DNA of 31,754 nucleotides, taken from a candidate division WOR-3 bacterium. Its GTDB lineage: Bacteria > Hydrothermota > Hydrothermia > LBFQ01. Positions 29,048-31,754 of this stretch are shown piece after piece; the first letter of the stretch is position 1, and each line of letters opens with the position of its first letter. Position numbers and translations under genes: made by a program. Below the pieces are notes generated by a model. That model was not told where the DNA came from, ran no database searches, and saw nothing but the letters and a program-made list of their open reading frames with translations. Location: positions 1 through 31,754 of the forward strand of contig JBDRWW010000013.1 of assembly GCA_039802605.1 (NCBI GenBank), read 5' to 3'.

Positions 29048-29868
29048 ACGCTCATAGGTGGGGCTTTGGGGGCATCGGGTGGTGGCGTGGCATTCCAGTC
29101 AATTTTATGAAAGCCCGCCTTCTTTTTCTTCTTAGCCAACCCTAAGGAGTATAAAGCCAGTTCCCTCTTTAACAACTGTATTGCCAAGGCGGGGTCAACA
29201 CCCTTAGGACATGCGTCGGAGCAGGCGCCCGCAAAATGGCACCTAAAAGCACCCTCAACCAATGAAGAAACAACCGCCCTATCAACAATATAACCCTCAT
29301 CCCTACTGTCTGCTATATACCTATAAGCGGCGGTTAAAGCCTGAGGCCCCCAAAAGTCCTCGTTTCCGGATACTACCGGACAGGCGGCAACACATGCACC
29401 GCACTTTATACAATAGGAAAACTGCAAGTAATCCTCAACATCCTGAGGGGTTTGGAGGTACTCGCCGGTTGGGTTTTCAAACTCTTCTGGGTCGGAATAT
29501 CTAATTATGTATGGTTTTACCGATTTATGATTTTCAAAAAACCTTCTCAGGTCCGGAACGAGGTCTTTTATAACCATATAGTTGTTCATAGGTTCAACGG
29601 TTATGGTGTCAGAATTCAGTTTTAATATCTGGGTTTGGCATGCAAGCATCATTTTTCCGTTGATCTTCATAGCACAGGAACCGCACACTCCCATCCTACA
29701 AGACGCCCTAAAAACCAGAGAACCATCAAGGTTTTCCTTTATGTAATATAAACCCTCTAAAACCGTCATCCCTTTAAACACGGGAACGGTATATTCCTTA
29801 AATTCCGCATTGTGGCTTTTCGGGGAATACCTGAGAACCTTAAAGGTTATGTTTTTTGTTTCCTTCAT
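29044..29868 (-). CDS. sdhB: Succinate dehydrogenase/fumarate reductase iron-sulfur subunit
   Basis: CRMGVCGSC..LAC [2Fe-2S], CIKCGACVAACP [4Fe-4S], CHFAGACSDACP [3Fe-4S]. Confidence 0.93.
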   Translation of the reverse strand: MKETKNITFKVLRYSPKSHNAEFKEYTVPVFKGMTVLEGLYYIKENLDGSLVFRASCRMGVCGSCAMKINGKMMLACQTQILKLNSDTITVEPMNNYMVIKDLVPDLRRFFENHKSVKPYIIRYSDPEEFENPTGEYLQTPQDVEDYLQFSYCIKCGACVAACPVVSGNEDFWGPQALTAAYRYIADSRDEGYIVDRAVVSSLVEGAFRCHFAGACSDACPKGVDPALAIQLLKRELALYSLGLAKKKKKAGFHKIDWNATPPPDAPKAPPMSV

Positions 29869-29898
29869 GAAGTTGGTATTATATACTGGAAGTTGATT

Positions 29899-30378
29899 TT
29901 ATAACCCTCCTCTCACCAAAATCACCCCAAGCATAACAACGATTAAGGCCAACAACAGGTTGATACGCCCTATCCAAGATGCCAATTTTCTCATACGAAG
30001 GGTATCTGCGGATTCGGGATTTTTCATCCATAGGCCTGTGGCCTTGGGTCCTATAACGAAGTCGTGTAATGCGCTTATAATCCCCAAGGTGCGGCCAAAA
30101 GAACCTTCCCAAAGTCTGACATTTAAAAAATCTTCCCATACAAAACCACGATAGGACAAGTTAAAAATCCCGCTTAGGATTAACAAACCCAAACAAATCC
30201 ACCCAATAAATCGGAAACGGTATCCCGTCCAATGTATAATTCCAGAAGATATAGAACGGTATTCCGGGCGTCTTATAACAGGTACTAATACCAGTGCTAA
30301 AAATAGCATTCCACCTATCTATATAATGGCCGAAAGTATATGCAACCAAACGGAAAGTAGGTATAAAGCCTTTATCAT
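29899..30378 (-). pseudogene. CopD/DUF4149-family membrane protein with an in-frame TAG
   Basis: Reads MIKALYLLSVWLHILSAII*IGGMLFLALVLVP, with TAG (30321-30319) at the conserved W of the LH...WIGG motif. Part of the TM before HDFVIGP also appears deleted. Confidence 0.75.
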
Positions 30379-30389
30379 GCTTTTCCGGT

Positions 30390-30693
30390 TTAAAATTTTG
30401 CTTTCAAAAATCCTTTAAGTGCCACGGCGCTATTATGGACCTTATCCCTGGTGCTGAAAGGGAGAGTTATGGTGCCTTTTCTTATGGTTTCTAATAAGAG
30501 TTGCCAAGATTCGGGTTTGGTTTCCAACTCGGCAAAGTATCGCCGTTTAAACTCTTCCCAATTCGCCGGGTCATGGTTATCTATATCCTTTTTACACCCC
30601 TCGGCCATAGGCGATCCTCTAGAAAACGCTTTCCGTCCTCATGTAAAGGGGGTTGTAAACCCGCTTAACCCGAACTTGTCCATTCTTTGCCAT
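30390..30693 (-). pseudogene. DUF488 (YeaO-like) pseudogene
   Basis: Three frames give MAKNGQVRVKRVYNP / HEDGKRFLEDRLWPRGVKR / NHDPANWEEFKRRYFAEL...HNSAVAL. The usual APS..LRKWF segment is missing. Confidence 0.85.
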
Positions 30694-30696
30694 CTA

Positions 30697-31056
30697 CTAT
30701 TTCCCTACCAATGTACCCGTGATTTTCCCTGATTGGGTTCCGGGGGATCCGTGTAGAAATCCCACAAACACCAACTCCTCATCTAAAGCCCGAACGGTAT
30801 GTTCCTCGCCGGGTTCAAATATAATAAGCGTTCCCGGTCCAGCCTTTACCTCTTTTCCATCGGCCCCGGCAAAAATTCCCTCTCCCTTCATTACTACAAT
30901 AAAAAGGGGTGAATGCGGGGCGCGATGTTCCTTTATACTCTGCTCGGGTTTTAACATAAAGCGTAAGACCAAACCCCACTCGGCCGCAATAAGTGGTTCC
31001 GCGTAGGGGTGCTCATCCTGAAATTTAAGGTTTTCCAATAATTGCGTATGCATCAT
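30697..31056 (-). CDS. Cupin domain protein
   Basis: HRAPH...VMKGEGIF...GPGTLIIFEPGEEHTV cupin motifs; strong SD. Confidence 0.88.
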   Translation of the reverse strand: MMHTQLLENLKFQDEHPYAEPLIAAEWGLVLRFMLKPEQSIKEHRAPHSPLFIVVMKGEGIFAGADGKEVKAGPGTLIIFEPGEEHTVRALDEELVFVGFLHGSPGTQSGKITGTLVGK

Positions 31057-31062
31057 TTTAAT

Positions 31063-31083
31063 ACCTCCTTTCCGAGTATTATA
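31063..31083 (-). promoter_or_regulatory. TATAAT -10 box and Shine-Dalgarno AAGGAGGT of the cupin gene
   Basis: Minus strand TATAAT (31083-31078), then AAGGAGGT (31070-31063) 6 nt before ATG 31056. Confidence 0.75.
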
Positions 31084-31125
31084 AGGGTGGTGGTTTAATT
31101 CTTAGGATCCGTTATTGCGGGATTG

Positions 31126-31754
31126 ATAAGTAGGCTAATAACCGGTTTCCCGCCCCCGGCCTTTATTTGCATTTTTCGTATTTCAACCCCTTATAGGTAG
31201 GCTAATAACCGAACAGGACTACGAGAAAATCAAAAACCTTGTTATTTGTTTCAACCCCTTATAGGTAGGCTAATAACTATTGTATGAACTCTCGCAGTCT
31301 CCTCTTTGGAAGGGTTTCAACCCCTTATAGGTAGGCTAATAACCGATAATCCCAATGCCGACCCAACGGACCCCACAAACAGTTTCAACCCCTTATAGGT
31401 AGGCTAATAACATACTTCTCCCGGCTTGCACCTGGGCGGAGAACTCGGTTTCAACCCCTTATAGGTAGGCTAATAACGCCCAAATTTCATTCCACTCCTG
31501 TCGCAACAATTCAGTTTCAACCCCTTATAGGTAGGCTAATAACTTGGGGGTTTTCAAAAAATCTAAAAATTGTATCTCAGGTTTCAACCCCTTATAGGTA
31601 GGCTAATAACGTGGATGTTTTAAGTGGTGTCTTTGATGGTTATGGGAAGTTTCAACCCCTTATAGGTAGGCTAATAACACCAAACTATCAAGGCTGGAAG
31701 TCCCGGTTAATCTTGTTTCAACCCCTTATAGGTAGGCTAATAACAAACAAATCG
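31126..31754 (-). CRISPR. CRISPR array, trailer end; repeat GTTATTAGCCTACCTATAAGGGGTTGAAAC (30 bp); continues beyond the window
   Basis: Nine full repeats start at 31180 (1 mismatch), 31248, 31314, 31382, 31448, 31514, 31581, 31649 and 31715. A half repeat sits at 31126-31142 (16/17 match). Nine unique spacers of 36-38 bp. The GAAAC 3' end and degenerate left end indicate minus-strand transcription. Confidence 0.98.

Noticed and set aside
30319..30321. In-frame TAG as stop-codon recoding or pyrrolysine
   Set aside because: TAG terminates intact genes here (sufD, kdsA, M42, cupin). The codon is one transition from the conserved TGG, and the neighbouring gene is also decayed.
1..31754. tRNA, rRNA, transposase, integrase or cas genes
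   Set aside because: None recognised; the intergenic gaps are too short and no ORF shows the motifs.

Overview
Compact, AT-rich chromosomal window from a diderm, LPS-making bacterium (kdsA, hldA, OmpA domain, beta-barrel). It is probably a thermophile; an FCB-related lineage such as WOR-3/Hydrothermia is my inference only. It carries about 29 genes of mixed housekeeping function, many separated from their usual operon partners: RND pump + MFP, M32 and M42 peptidases, sufD-like, rplY-pth-sigma factor, hldA, ispH, kdsA, an orphan NurA nuclease, FIST, tdh, purQ and sdhB. An envelope cluster contains an FG-GAP propeller with a T9SS-like C-terminal tail, an alginate-export-like barrel and a PorE-like TPR-PD40-OmpA protein. 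The right end holds a decaying cupin/DUF488/CopD-like cassette and the trailer end of a CRISPR array (30-bp repeat, minus strand, no cas genes in the window). The strongest unexplained signal is in gene expression: 15 transcription-unit-leading genes have a TAnAAT-type -10 box only 7-12 nt before the start codon and no Shine-Dalgarno, implying leaderless or near-leaderless mRNAs. Downstream genes are start/stop coupled, and the only strong SD is in the apparently foreign cassette. Several clearly exported proteins have only a 5-8 residue hydrophobic N-terminus instead of a normal signal peptide.
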